In this document: piece by piece, positions 47,991 through 64,000 of the stretch | Layout: each line of letters begins with the position of its first letter | Position numbering within the stretch: position 1 is the stretch's first letter | Assembly (NCBI RefSeq): GCF_009914755.1 | Contig: NC_060925.1 | Direction: 5' to 3' (one strand) | From: the human T2T-CHM13v2.0 reference genome, Homo sapiens | DNA length: 64,000 nucleotides | Notes under the pieces: model-generated | What the model saw: the letters and a program-made list of their open reading frames with translations, nothing else | Database searches by the model: none | Told to the model about the DNA's origin: nothing | Position numbers and translations under genes: made by a program

Positions 47991-50900
47991 GGCACCATGT
48001 ATGGTCTGTAAGTGTTTGTATATGTAAGTTTTTATAAATTATAATTTTTAATGACAGATTTGTATATATTTTATGGCAGTAAATTATAACAGACTAGTAG
48101 CTACATATATTTCGTGCATTCATGATATAATTTTTTCTTAATTTTTTTGATATTTCTAGGCCACATGGTTGGCATGTTTTTCATGTTATCACAGATCTTC
48201 AAAAAATTTTCCAATACAGTTTTTAAAAAAAATCCACATATAATTGGACCCATTTATTTCAAACTCATGTTGTTCAAGGGTCAGCTGTAGTTCTGAAAAG
48301 TGATATTCATTATGTGTTGTTTTTTATTTGCTGTTTTACTTTCCCTTTCAGTTTCTCAGATTAGTCTGCTTTTCGGTTGTATGACTTTTAGTTGATTTTT
48401 AAATTGACAGGATAGTAGGCTGTCCTACTATCTAGGATACTGTCCTACTATATAGGATCCTACTATACTAATGAGAGAAACTGTGTTCTTTCATTGTACT
48501 TTATATGCCCAGAGCCTGGTACTAGCCCTTAATAAATAAGCATTGAATGACTCTATGAATTAAACTTAGTGCTCCATGATTTTTTTTTAAAGGAGAAGTG
48601 AATTGTCTGTGGCACTGTAATTGGAGAATTTGATTTAAAGTTACAAATTTTGGTAGAAAACTTTAAGTTATATACCATAGCTGATTAATTGAAGTCTTAC
48701 TTTTTTTCACCACATTTAATGAGTAGATCCTGGGGACCAGATACAAACTAGTTTTTTTCACTATAATTACTACTTATGAAATAGAAGTGTAGTTGCTAAT
48801 ATGCACACCTCAAAATATGACCTATCATACATCTATTGAAAACTAGTTTCCTAGTTTTTACTGCCTTTTTCTATCAAATAGAAAAAAAAATGGAAAAACC
48901 ATTTAATGGAAAGCCATTGAGTGAATTTAAGATTATTGTTGGCCTTGGAAAAATTCAGTTCCTCTGTGAAATTTCTTGAGCTTCTTCAAAAATATTCTAT
49001 GTAAATACCATATTGGGGATATTATTGATACTGTAAAATCTTTTTAGACTTTAAAGCTTTATTCCATAAACTGGCTTGTGATTTAATTAATATATTGTTC
49101 TTTTAACATTATTCGTTAGATTGTTTCAAAGTATTTCAATTAATTCAATATGTTGCAATGTTAAAATAATAACTATACCATTTTATTAGGATTCTTTATT
49201 CAGTTCCTTTTTCCCTGTATTAAATCTTTACATTTTCTAGATTAACAATTTATTTTATCAGTAATACTTCCATTAAGCACATAATAGACTTCAATTTTCT
49301 ACATACAAACATTTTTATTCCTAATAAGTGATGAACAGGCTCAGTAAAAGTTGCTAAGAATGTTTGTATTGCTGGATTGGAATATCATGGATATGCATAC
49401 TTTTTTTTTTCCATAGGAGAGAGCTTTAATTGTTACTAAAGTCAGGAAAATTCAGTCACTTTTGCACTTTGAGAAGCTGATCTCTGACATGTTTATGAAA
49501 ACTGCTTAATCTTTTAATAGGTGACAAATTTTTTGAAGACAGCATCATGACGCTTCTACCTTGATACCTGCAAAAATGATGTGAAAAGGAGCAATTTTCA
49601 TTTTGCTCTTTATATCTTCAGTTCTGGTGTGAAGTAGAATGGCAATTTTGGATTGAAAGCTTATCTTAATTTTTCTACCCATCTGTCTAGTTGGCATTTA
49701 GATATTCTAAGTAAGGCTCCATTTCTTCATAGAGATTCTTTAATCGATGTTACTGTAGCTTTCTTTCTTTACTTTCCAGGGACCTCAGATCTTATTTTCA
49801 AAGCTCAAGTATTTGCAGGGGTGATTCTGGTATGTTCACATAATTTTTGACTCATTCAGTCTTATAAATTTGACCTGGGATTCAAAATGCTTATTGATCT
49901 TTATTTTATACTATTTAAAATCAAGACTTTCTGCATAAACTATACCAGAACCTTAAATTAAGTACTTAAGGAATTTCCCTAGAAAATTTACATATATATA
50001 TATATACACACACATTTTTTTTTTCCTGTTTGGCCTGATGATATGTCTCTTGCTGTGAGCTGCAGTTTTTCCAACTCACTTCTGCTGTGACAGACCATAT
50101 CCCATTTGGACAAAAAATAGATTGAGCTTAATACTAGGAAAAAGATTATGCTTAACTATTACTATGAAGAGAATAATTGTTCATCCCAGTGGCAGACTGT
50201 AGTCTTGCATTAAGTGTTCTGGGACTAATTAATCAGGAAACAACTATTATTAAAAAGGAAACTGCTCATCAGCTGCCTGCTTGGGCTATTCCACAGAAAG
50301 AAACTGTAGACCTGGCTACTTGGACTCCATCTTGTAGCATCATTCTTTAACTGCTTATGTCCCAGTTAAAAGAGGTAATTTAAGGATTTTTAGCAGACCT
50401 TATTTGGTAGTGATAAACTTTAATATTAAATTAATATTAATGGACTTGTTGAGTATAAATTAACATAAAAACAATAATATTGGGTTAGAATATTTTGGTC
50501 AATCTGGAAGGCTTCTTAACTTCTAATCTTACCACATTTTAAATCCTGGAACAAGCCATGCTGCTTACATATAATCCTAGTAGACAGCATTTGAGTGTGT
50601 ATGTAAATATATATAAACAAACGTGTTTGTCATGCAAGATGAAAATTTAAAAATCTAACCATTACTGAATTAAGTATATCATATTGACATTTCTGTTGAC
50701 TTACTAGTTTATTTGGCTTAACTAAAGTCTTAGAGAATTACTATATAAGAGAGTATTTTAACTTAACAAGAGTATGTGCATTACGTATGTGTTATATGTG
50801 TTGTTTCCCAGGCTGCTTTGTGTTTGTAAGATGATTATTATATCTAGGATTTGAGGTGTTTCTTAATTTACCAAACGGGAATTGATTATAAACTAATGAG

Positions 50901-51032
50901 AATTTTATAATTGTTCTTGATGTTGTTTTTGTTAATTTTACCTCTTCTTTTTTTGATGTTTGTCCTAATACGTATACACCATCACAAGTTTATTAGTTTC
51001 TAAAATAAGCAAGTAGTTGGATGAATTAGGAA

Positions 51033-51088
51033 GGTTTTTGGCATTACTTTCAATGGCAAAAACCGCAATTACTTTTGCACCAGCCTAG
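51033..51088. mobile_element. MADE1 partial copy
   Basis: ggtttttggcattactttcaatggcaaaaaccgcaattacttttgcaccagccta. Confidence 0.88.
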
Positions 51089-52719
51089 TAAGAACTGGAA
51101 AGCTACTCTCAGTGAAGACTGGAATTTTAACTTATTCTTCTTATATCCTTCCCACCCTTCTGTCCCCAACCACCATTTATTAATGGACACATAATACGTA
51201 TACTCTGAGCATATTTTTATGAAGCCAATTTGAATTGTGGCCCATTGGGGATTAATTTATTCTGTGCTATTGTAGTATTTCAAATCAGTTATAGTTCAAG
51301 GTGCTAAATCTTATACAAATGATGCTGCATTACAGTCTAATGTTTACAAACTTCATGGCACGCTTAGCCAGGGAAAACAATCTTGCGAATGTTGGGGGTA
51401 ATTGCCTTTTAATAGGTAGATGCAGTTCTACTGGCTTGTTTGTTTAAACAAAGGAAGAAACTTATTAAATGCCCAACTTATATGTGATGCATCTAATGGA
51501 AACAAGACAGTATCTTGAACAAGAACAGTGATAAAGCCTAGAGCCATGGGTTTTATTCAAGTTTTGTATCTCTGGGCTTATATTTTTAATAGTTTGTTTT
51601 AAACTTTGGGTATATGGATTTGTATTAATTGCTATAACTTACTCAAATATTCACCTTACTGGAAGTATTGTTGTGTGTGTATTTAACACAGTCGTTTTAA
51701 GAATCACATATTAATTTACTTTTGTGACTCATTAGTGGACTATATTGATTTCAAATAATAATATTACAGTTAACATAGAAGTCTAAAAGCTGAGTTACCC
51801 AGCCCAAGTCAAATAGAAAATGTGTTTTAGAACTGGAAATAGAAACGGGAGTTACTAATAATGTGTCTGTGATTTCTAACTCTCTTTTTGATGTTTTCCA
51901 CTGAACATTACTTGGAGCATAATATCATAGAGAATTTTTTTATATTGTGATAAAATTGCTTATCAAAGTTTCCATTAATAAATAGTACTTCCACAGACTA
52001 AACACTAAGAGGCAACTTATTGGCTCTCCAGAGGTGAAATTTCAAATGCTGAGGCATGGCTGCACATATGCAGAACTTGTTTTGCTTGTTGGTTGTGTTG
52101 CTTACCGGTGCTTAGTGCCTGTCTTCCTTGGTGTATGTGAGGCAATGGATGAAAGCTGTACATCACTCCAAAATGATGCTGAACTGATTCTAGTTTGACA
52201 CTTGAATTACCTTCTTTCCTAAGATAACACGTCTTGTTCAGTTTCAATGAGGTAGTAGATATTATTTCCACAGATATTGTTTATGGAACTCAATGTAGAA
52301 TGATTTTTTACCATATAAGAGGAAAAATTATCTTGTTGCTAAATTCTATCCAGTTTGGACCAGTACAATGGTGTCTTAAGTCACTGGATAATTATTGAAT
52401 GTAAGGTCCCTGTGATGGCACATTAATGCTTTGAGAGAATGGTTATAATTAAATCATGATGATGTCTTTTTATCCTGGATAGAGATAGTCTATAAGAATG
52501 CCTGTAGCAGTGGAGTGTCCTTGAAATATGAGGGAAACACATGTCTTACCTTAGTAATCTTAATGGTTCTTTAAGGATTCTATGATGCTTCAGGGGCACT
52601 ATGATGCTTCAGGGGCACTCCAAGCAATTTTTAATGAGTCCTTAGTCTCATGAAAATATGGCAGGAAAATTATACACCAACATTTCGTCATTTTAATCCT
52701 GTGTAGTGTCTAAATTTTA

Positions 52720-53025
<306 letters not shown>

Positions 53026-53179
53026 AAGAATACAATATAAGGTACCAATTCCATACCTCTCTTCATTCAAGTCTTGATTTAATGGTTAGAGTACTTAGTT
53101 TTTGATAATCTATTCTTGGTTTATTTACATTCAGTTTTAATTTTACTGCTGCCTGTTATTTGTCAGAAACATTACCTAG

Positions 53180-53345
53180 GACAGATCTCAAAGTTTAATG
53201 TGCATTCAAACCACCTGCGGATCTTGTTAAAATGCAAATTCAGTAGATCTGGGATAGAGCTTGGGATTCTCATTTCGAACAAGCTATCAGGCAATGTCAA
53301 CACTACTACTAGTTAGGGATCTCACTTTGAACCAAGGGTCTAGAT
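53180..53345. mobile_element. MER5-type hAT-Charlie MITE
   Basis: accacctgcggatcttgttaaaatgcaaattcagtagatctgggatagagc...cactttga. Confidence 0.7.
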
Positions 53346-54569
53346 CATAGACTGTAAACTCTAGAATGTTTCTGAAATATTTTTTGGATTATTATTAGCT
53401 CAGTGAATTCATGAGATTATTTCTGGCTCACTTTAGTTTTAAGAAAATAAATATGCTAAAAATGTACACTATATCTTACTATTTTCTTTAAAACAGTTTT
53501 TAAAATTTTCTGTAACTGTGGTTTGCTTTCATTGTAATAGAGAGTTCATAGCTTAATTTGTTATTGTAAAAAGATGGACACATAGTATAATTTAAAACTT
53601 AAAATAGTTACAGTTCACTATCAAAAGAATATTATGTAAATAAATATAAAATGAACTATGAAAGTGAGCTAAAGTTACTTGCCTTATAAGGTTTAAGTTA
53701 TTTTTTCTTAATTTATGCTTTATGTAACAACTAAATCATCTGACATTTGTCTTTTATTTGATGTGAAAGTAGGAAGAAAAGTCAGAGAATCAAAGAAGCA
53801 GAAGATGATTCTTTCGAATGTTTTTTTCTCTTGGGTTTTGGCTGTCCGCTTTCATTTTTGATTCCGGCTGCTTCTTTAACTTTTTTCACATGTATAGAGG
53901 CATTTAAATTTTCCATTTGAGCCCAAGAAACAAGAATTAGATTTTACTTCCATGAATCTTCATTCTTATACTATTAATATTCAACACAGTTAAAACCATA
54001 ATACATTTTACTTCCCAGGAAGAAAAGTTTTGTTTCCCATTCCTTCTCTCGGGTTATATACTGAGAGAAGAGGGCTTTAATGAAAAAGCCAACCACATTA
54101 ATTTAAAATGTTCTATCATGGAGCTAGTAGTTTAACACAGAGTTTAAGGTTCTTGGAGGCCCAACCTCCTTTTTTTTTTTTTTTTTTTAAATGGATAGAG
54201 ATGTAGCCAGAAAGCTAGAAAGGTATTGTGACAAACAGCTCTCTGGGAAAACCTGGCCAGTGTTTTTGCTGTGGAAATGTAGTGGCACATACTAAAAGCA
54301 TTAACTCAGCCTCTTTATTTTCACTACCTTTTAGTAATCATTCCCAAGAAGAAAAAGAGTTAAGATGTTATTCATGATATAGTTGATTACTGACATAGAG
54401 ATAATGATATGAATCTTGAACATACAATTTACTAATCTAGATTGTTGACTGAGAGAACATTAGGTTGAATGTTAACTAATTTAATATGTTGGGTTGCTTT
54501 TTAAATGACATTCATCATTTAAGACATCTCTAGTATTATTCTAAATTATCAAGAGGATTTATAAACTAG

Positions 54570-54943
<374 letters not shown>

Positions 54944-54944
54944 T

Positions 54945-55112
54945 GGATTCAGGTTTTATAGGGCATGAAGCTTATATAATTTGGAGGCAACAGCTCTTTA
55001 AGGACAAGATCCCATTGTGGGTGTGGGTGCAAATTTTACAAAAGTATATAATGATGTGAATGTGTTTCTAGGGACCCTTCTGGGACAGAATGAAGACAAG
55101 CTAAGCTTCATC
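54945..55112. mobile_element. MER63-like hAT element, interrupted near its end by the AluY
   Basis: ggattcaggttttatagggcatgaagcttatataatttgg. Confidence 0.55.
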
Positions 55113-55712
55113 TTCTGCTACTATCACAAACTGAGATGACACTTCATATTTTTTTTTATCTTGAAGGGTAGTCCACTATATTTGGAAAGAGCATAGGCTT
55201 ATGTTACAACTGGGATTCAAAAATGGGCCTTCTCCATCTTCTTTGCTACCGTTAGAGTCTTACGTACATCTTTTTCCTAGGCAACAACAGCTTTCAAAAT
55301 GGTATTCACATTTCCATCTTTGTTTTTTTACACACTCCTTCCCTATAGCCTGTTCTCTACAGTGCAGCTGAAGAACCCTTTTTAAAAATGTTTCAGTGAC
55401 ATATTCAGGATATAGAATAAAATCCAGAATTTTTAAACTATTTTCAGTGTTCTTCATTCATTCCCAAAATCTAAGTTTCTCTCTGCTGTCATTTCTCTTG
55501 AGCCTGAAATAATTTTTTTAGCACTTCTTATGGTTCAGGTCTGTTGGTGAAAACTTCTCTTAGATTTCCTTTATTTGAACATTCTCTATTTTGCCTTTAT
55601 TCTTTATTCTTGCAGGGTGTTTTCACTGGACTACTGAGTTGACAGTTTTTGCTTTCAGCATTTTGAAAATGTTCCACTGCCCTCTGGTCTTCATACTGCC
55701 TGATGAAAGTTT

Positions 55713-56038
<326 letters not shown>

Positions 56039-56064
56039 TCTGATGAAAGTTTATCATCATTCCA

Positions 56065-56220
56065 GGATTGGTTTCATAGGCATGTGACCTATGTTGTTGC
56101 ATAGGTACCCGTACTTAGAAAGATCCTGTGTTTCATTAAATGTTCTACTATTGCTGTCTTGATACGCTTAATGGCTTTTGAACAAGGGCCCTGTATTTTC
56201 ATTTTGCACTGATTCTGTGG
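56065..56220. mobile_element. MER53-like hAT MITE
   Basis: ttcataggcatgtgacctatg...ttttgaacaagggccctgtattttcattttgcactg. Confidence 0.6.
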
Positions 56221-56592
56221 TTTCTTCTATTTTATATATATTATACATGAAACAAACCAGAAAATCTTCTCTGCCTATTGGGTAAGAATTGTCTTGTATC
56301 TAGGCTGCCTGTGCTAGATAATAAGGATCATCAAGATTTAAGTAGATTTTTTTTTAAACATTCGACCAACTTCCAAAAACAGTTTTTAGGAATAGAAAAT
56401 AAAATTTATAATAATAAGAATACTCATTCATATTTCACAGACATTCATAGTTTATAAGGTTATTTCCATATACTTTCTAATTTTATCCTTATAAAAGCCC
56501 TATGAGTTAGGCCAGTAATAATTCTATCCCCTTTTATTGATATGCAAATACAGGCCCAAGAGAAGTTATATGAATTAATCTTAAATCAGTCA

Positions 56593-57008
<416 letters not shown>

Positions 57009-60000
57009 TCATAAATATAATTTCATTTAACCTTTCAGCTAGCCATCTGATATAAGCAGTATTCATTATCAGTGTATTTCCCTTTTTTGAAATGAAAAAG
57101 ATCTAAAGGTACAAAAAATTATTTGTATGGGTTACATAAGTAATGTAGGATCTAAAGCTGTCACCCAAATCTCTAACTCTAAATTGTGTCCATTTTTTTA
57201 ATATTGCACTATCTTTTGTTGTTTAGAGATGAATTCAACAATATACAATATACATTTATTATTAGCTCACCAATATTTTTACTTTGTGTCTTTAGACTGC
57301 ATCTGATGTCGTAGGAAGCACTCAACACTTTATTGAATCAACAAATAATGAATGTAAAAAATATCTTTTGGCAGCATCTGATGTCCTTTGGACTTTTGCT
57401 TCTTTATTCTGTTCTGGAAAATGTACTATGAATAAAACTGCTTTTTCTCTAATCTCAAATGAACTGCATAATATTTCCAAAATGCCGTATACCTGCATTT
57501 TGAATTATGAGTCAACTGATAAAAAAATTTAAAAGACTTCTGGGCCAAAAGGGCTATTTACATGCTAAGTAATATGCCTTGGGATGAAAACACATTATAA
57601 ATATTTATATTTAACCAATTTTCTCTAAACCCTTTTGGAGGTCTTTTGAAGATTTCTTTGTTTGCTCCTTCCTAGTTCGCTTTCTCCCTCCCTTTTTTCC
57701 TCCCTTTCTTATAGGGAATGCTATTCTGTAAAAGCTATATTCTATCTTCTGCCAAACCCTCAAATCTAATTTTGGAACAACTTCTGTAGGTAATTTAAGT
57801 ACAGAAGATAGATTTAATGTTCATTTTACTTTTGATTTATATATGACATCTGTTTGGAACCAAACTTTCTCTGTTTTTAGAAACAGAGAAAAAAAATATT
57901 TTGGGATATGTAGGCCAGAGGCAAATGATCTGACAAGTTAGCCCCCTTGTTTCTAAAGGAAAAATTGCCACAGTTTATAAGAGTGGTATAAAGGCCAAGA
58001 AGTTGACCAAGACCAAAGGAGATCACAAAGAAAGCATAGCATATAGTAGACTTTCAAGAAAGAAGTTTACTGAATGATGAAGGAAAATATGTGTCTATGG
58101 TTTTTATGGCCTACCTAGCATATAGGATATATCTTCTTTTTTTCCGACCCACTACCAAAGAAGAGTTATAAAATTCCTGTCTTCAGTCGTGTTGACCTAA
58201 AATAAGATGTACTGTGGTATGACAATACCAACCTTTATGTGCCTTATTTTCAGACTTTGTGCCTTTAGCTTAAGTAGAGATATTGGCTAATAGCTGTAAG
58301 TCTTGCTACTTTTCTGTTCTCAGTGTGATGTTCAAAATTAGTGAAATGCAGACTTTTATTTCTTTCCTCAAATGTAAGTCATTTCTGTTTCTGTAGTTAT
58401 TAAATGCTTTTTGATAATATGAAAAAATATACACTGCATTGGCTTTTAGGAACATTTTCGTCATATATATTTCAAACTTTAATTAGGACCTCTAACAACA
58501 ACCATGTTTTAAAACAAAGTTTGGCAGCAGTTGGCTTTTTGTTTTCTTTATAGAAATTGAAAAGGTGCTAGAAGAAGGTGCTGAGTAATTTTAACCACAT
58601 GCAATGTAGTAATCACCTGGAAATCACACACTTTCTCAATTGTCTTATTGCTACTATGAAAAACAGGAATAAATTTTAGTCATTAATACATTTATTCTTT
58701 TTTTCCAGAGAAAAATTGAAGCTGAATTTAACACATTTTATTGACTTGTATATCACATCATTCATGACACAATTTATATTTTATTTGTGCACATGATTAA
58801 CACTTTATTGGAATTATTACTATTATAAAATTGTAAGATACAATTGGATCCAAATTTTTTGTGGAATTAAAATAAGCCAACAATAGGATTATCTTTAAGC
58901 ATTTAGAACAGAATGGGTTAAACTGTCATTATTGGTCAGAACAAGCAAATAATAGGATGTTTTACATTTTATTTTGTTGCTGGTTTTGGTTGGTATAGAA
59001 CATTATTATATACAAAATACTATTTGAGATGTGTATATCATAAACTATAGCATTGGGAATCTTTTGGTCATGCCGAGGTTTTTCATTGGAATTTGTTGTA
59101 GCATTTGCTGTAACTGGATTTGACCTGTATAACCAATAGATAGTGTAGGATGTTATCCTTTACCAGTAGTTTTCTGTAACTATTATGTGTACAGTCTTTG
59201 TGTCTCAGCCCACATTTATAATATCTGCACATCTTAACAGGCACCTTTTTGAATGTAAACATTTCAGAGCTCTCAAGAACTTAAAGACATCTAATCTTGC
59301 TATTGCATGCTTCAGGTGGTAAGCATGTCACTTTAAAAAATAAGACAGATAGCCATTTAGGACTGGGAGAAGCTGTGAATTTCTCTCTGTCATCCAGTGA
59401 ATAAGTGGACTAGAACTTTCCTCTGTTATTTCCAGTAGTGTTTGGCAAAGATATGAAGAATATTTGCAACAAGTGAATTTAGAATTTGTCACAAACTTAG
59501 ATTCTCATGAAATCCCCCAAAATGTGAGGAACAAATTAGACATAACTTAATGGTCTTTATACTAACAGAGTTTTATAAAACCGGATAAGTAAAACAAAAC
59601 AGAAACAAACACCTTAGTCTCACTGTCTTGTCTGTTATATTTTATTAATGATGCGGTTTAGACATATTTTCCATTAATACAGTGTATGCCTGTGTTACTT
59701 AATAATTGAAGTTTCTTTTAACTCTGTTCATGTTGGTTAAAACCATTTTTTATGTGAAGTTAAAATTTACAGATATAAAGACATTCCAGGGATATTGGGT
59801 AAATGGTTCTTCTGAAAATTTCCAAAACTTTTTAAACACCCATTTCGTACACATATAAACAAATGTTAGTTGTAACTGCCATACGTCTAGTTTATTAGCA
59901 AGTTCAAAGGATTTGAACTATATTTATAAATAAGTTTCTTCTATTTAGAGGGAAGAAAAGTTATTTGTTGAATATCGTTGTAATTACTTGAGTGATACAG

Positions 60001-61111
60001 TTTTGCTATTTTACAATCAATCATTGTTCTCATAAAGTTCTGTAGGAAATACTGCCTATTTAATACCTTTACACTTGAACACCACCAACAATTTTGTTTC
60101 CCTTCAGGGCATACAGCTGTTTCCAGCCTACTCAGTGCCATGTCAGGACATAAAATTATCTTGACAGCAAGATTTAAATTATAAATAGTCCCATAATGAC
60201 ATTCAGCTTGGGCGGTACATTTATAAAAGTAGTTATTAAGGAAAATGTAATTCAACCCATTACTATAACTAGATTCTCTCACATTTCTGAAGCTGTCTTT
60301 TGGTAGCCCGATAATATTTGCATATGTAAGCATTTAAACTATTAAGGCTATCAAGTCAACAAGTATAAAAACATAATATAGATATTAGATAAATGGTTTC
60401 CTAAAATTTTCCAAAACTTTTCTATTACAAATACGTCTTAATATATGTCTTTGCCCTATGAAAACTGATAAAATATTGGGGAGTTGAGACCCCAAGATCT
60501 TGATATTATTCAAAAAGCATAGACTGGAAATACTTTATATATAATGAAAGAAGAAAAGAACTAGAAGTCGATTTATCTTATAAGCAACATCAGAATATTG
60601 GATAGTGAATAACATTTTATGAGCACTTTTTTCCTAGAGTAAATGTTGACTGTAAGTTACTTGGTGTTAGTGTTCTGATTTTTAAATACCCAATTTACCA
60701 TCTTATTAGTACATTTAGATCCTATGAGAATGTACTTTTAGCCAAAGTCATATTTTTCTCTGAAAAAATTATATTTATTCTAAAAAAGCTTTACTATTTG
60801 AATAAGTGTTGCTGTGAGTCTATTTTATGCTGCGTGTGTACCTAGTTATTTCAGCATCTGAAAGTAGAGATACGTAACAGAAAGTGAATGGGAAGATCAG
60901 TCAATCATAACAATATGTAATATGGGTCCATGTTGCAGAGCCACACTTATCAAAGCTTTAGCCTGTGTTGTGGTCATCACTGAAAAAATCTAGAGCATAG
61001 CTGGTTTGAAGCTGGCATGGTGGAGATGTTAGTGTTAGATTAACAGTAACATTTAACCTCTGTGATATAAACCTCTATGAAACCTCTGTTTAACATAAAC
61101 CTCCGCATGTT

Positions 61112-61113
<2 letters not shown>

Positions 61114-61143
<30 letters not shown>
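61114..61143. repeat. (TG)n microsatellite
   Basis: About 15 TG units. Confidence 0.9.
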
Positions 61144-61145
<2 letters not shown>

Positions 61146-63418
61146 CATTGATTTTATTTCTGAAGTCTGTAGTTTATAAACATTATTGCATTGTGCTGCT
61201 TAGTGGGCCAAAAATTACCCAAGATGATTGCTGATCCCAACTTCGATCTTCTAATTCAGTTTTTAATCAAATTTTCTTTTTTTGATTTTGACTCCTTCTC
61301 AATAGAGATATTTCTTACCGGGCTTCTGCCAGTTTAGCAACTTCATTTCTCTCTTAAGCATGTCTTAGAAACAGCCTAATGTATTTATTCTTTCCTTTCC
61401 CAATTTCTGTCTCTTAAAAAGGGATTTCTGTCAAAGGTTCAGTGTTCTGAGTTGTTCCCTATGCTACCTAATCACTTTAGCCACTTAGCTTTGAAACTGC
61501 CTGATGAAAAAGGAAGTTGTACTGGCATATGTAGGTCAGTTCCTTTGATTTCTCATTTTTCTTATTCCCCTAGATAGAATGATGAGAAAGTTTAGTATTT
61601 TTAGCTTTCTTTTAAACAGCTTTATATTCTGGGTGGTTTTAAGCCACCCCAATTTCTGATATTTTAAAAGAATCCTGGTGTTTATTCTAGATAAGACACC
61701 TACTATATAAAATAATATTTTATGTTGATGTTCAACAGGAAAGGGACACTAATCAGTCCACCTGATTTATTTAGCAAATATTATTACCTTCTACTGTGTG
61801 CCAGGCACTGTACTTGCCACTGAGGATAACAGCAATGAAATATGTTATCAGAGGAGCTCCACTGCCTAGTGAAGAAGATGATCAAGCACACTCAGACCTG
61901 TGTTGGTTAGTCAATGGAATTGCTTAGTAAATTATTTCGGGTCCCTGCAGTACGGTCTTTTTGATCTTCTAGTGAATACATCCCTGGTCTGAGAGTTAGA
62001 AGGTTTTCATACCATTTCTTTCTGCTGGCATTTCATCTTTCATCATATATTTAATACAGTATAATCTTGAGTAAGCCATACATCATTTTTATAAAGTTAG
62101 TAATGTCTGTTACAACATATTATGAGATCTTTGGGACAGAAATGCTGAGTCAACAGAAACATTATCCTTTCAACAAACATGCACTGAGTACGTATGATTG
62201 AAGCACTATGTGTTAGGCTCCCTGAGTGATACAGAGATAAGCGAGACAATTATCTAGGTCTAGGAGCTGACAATGCAGTGTATTGGATGGAAACGAGGTA
62301 TGGGGGAAGTGTAGAGGAGGGCATAACAGTTAAGACATTTCTTTAGTGCTTTCTTGTACAAAGCAAATGTATGTTTAAATGAGAATCTTATTATTAACTT
62401 TATTCTCTCTAACCCTTTATCTCTTCATAATGATTTGTAGTTGGAGATTTTCCAAACCTCAGTGGGCACTGTAAACTCAAAAATTAAGTTAGTTTATTAT
62501 CAACTTATTTAAATAGTGTTCTTTAGCTTTGCCTTCACTTTCACTTGCATTGCCAGAGTACTTAATCGTTATTAAGAGATATTTTTTAAAAATTCTACTA
62601 TTTGTGTCAGGGTTTTCAACTTTGAAAAATATGCCAAACCATTTCATCGGGAAAAAAAAAGTCCTCAAAGACCCTCTTTTCACCAGTGTTGAGTGTGTGT
62701 ATTTTATCCAGTGTTGGGTGTGTGTATTTTATCCAGTGTTATCTAAATACATGGAGATATACAATTAAATGCAAACTATACTCTTAACTCTCATGACCAT
62801 AATCTATTAGAAGCAAACTATAAAATCAATAAAAATGTATATTTGCCATATTAATCTAATGTTATAAATTAGGTTGTCTTCCAGAAAATAAATTACTGCT
62901 GACAGTGTGAATATGATACTGAGAGCTACAACACAGATTTTTTTTTGAGCTTTCTTTTAAAAAGCACTATTACAGCTATGTAAAATTAAATTAGGTTCTT
63001 TTTCTGGTGCTTTTTCAGTGCTTGCAATTCCTTTTTTAAAAACTAGGACAATTAAGATTTTATTGTGTGATGCTGGTAAGCATGGAGTAGAATAAAGCAG
63101 GGTATTGTAAATCATTAATCTAAAGGATAGTAATATTTATTTTAATGAAAGGCAATAGAATTATATTAGGCTAGCTTTAAAATAATAGTGGCCATCACTA
63201 GTCGTCTTCTTCACTGGATAAGATAGTTAAAGGAAGGGCATTTGTGTTTTTTGAAGGCATTATATTTCTACAGAGTTATGAGGATCTATAATATATATAA
63301 CAGGCTTTCCCTAACCAACAAGCCCCTTTCTAGGTCTAAGGAAAATCCATGGCACTCTTTCCCACCAAGCCCAGCTTCTCAAGTCTTCTTTACTAGCTCA
63401 TAAGATAAACCAATGGAG

Positions 63419-63844
<426 letters not shown>

Positions 63845-64000
63845 CTATAAATACTGGGGAAATGTGTCATGTTAGCAACATATATTACTACATTTGTTAC
63901 TGAATTTTGGTCACTAGTTATTAGCAAGGAACATATGAAACTAAAGATGCTTCTTGATTTTTTGATACAAAGCATGTAAATTTAAAATTGTATTTCCCAA

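Larger units (their letters stand above)
41346..48287. mobile_element. Tigger4 (Zombi)-type DNA transposon split by an L1 insertion (arms about 41346-42035 and 47990-48287)
   Basis: TA-flanked TIRs: ta|gagttgactcttaaagaa ... gttgttcaagggtcagctg|ta. Confidence 0.8.

Noticed and set aside
51033-51088. miR-548-type microRNA hairpin
   Set aside because: Most of one MADE1 inverted arm is missing, leaving only a short stem

Overview
Human (primate) genomic DNA from inside the RABGAP1L gene, transcribed on the + strand. Only two coding exons are present: 4946-5039 and 27962-28112. The second begins the Rab-GAP TBC domain; the rest of the window is intron. The introns contain a FYTTD1 (UIF) processed pseudogene (- strand) and a full-length L1PA2-type LINE-1 (- strand, 11725-17783) with intact ORF1, ORF2 and ORF0 and a 15-bp TSD, inserted into an older L1M. 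They also contain a three-layer nest (Tigger4 > L1PA15/16 > MER11A LTR), several solo LTRs, about a dozen Alus, and L2/MIR/MER/MADE1 relics. The strongest observation: the L1 antisense promoter and ORF0 point the same way as RABGAP1L, and ORF0's second splice donor (phase 2) is in frame with the phase-2 acceptor of the TBC-domain exon. This predicts an ORF0-RABGAP1L fusion protein lacking the N-terminal half of RABGAP1L. The window also shows several short locally templated insertions or duplications consistent with template-switch or end-joining repair. Gene and repeat names come from recalled sequences, not database searches, and repeat boundaries are approximate unless a TSD is quoted.
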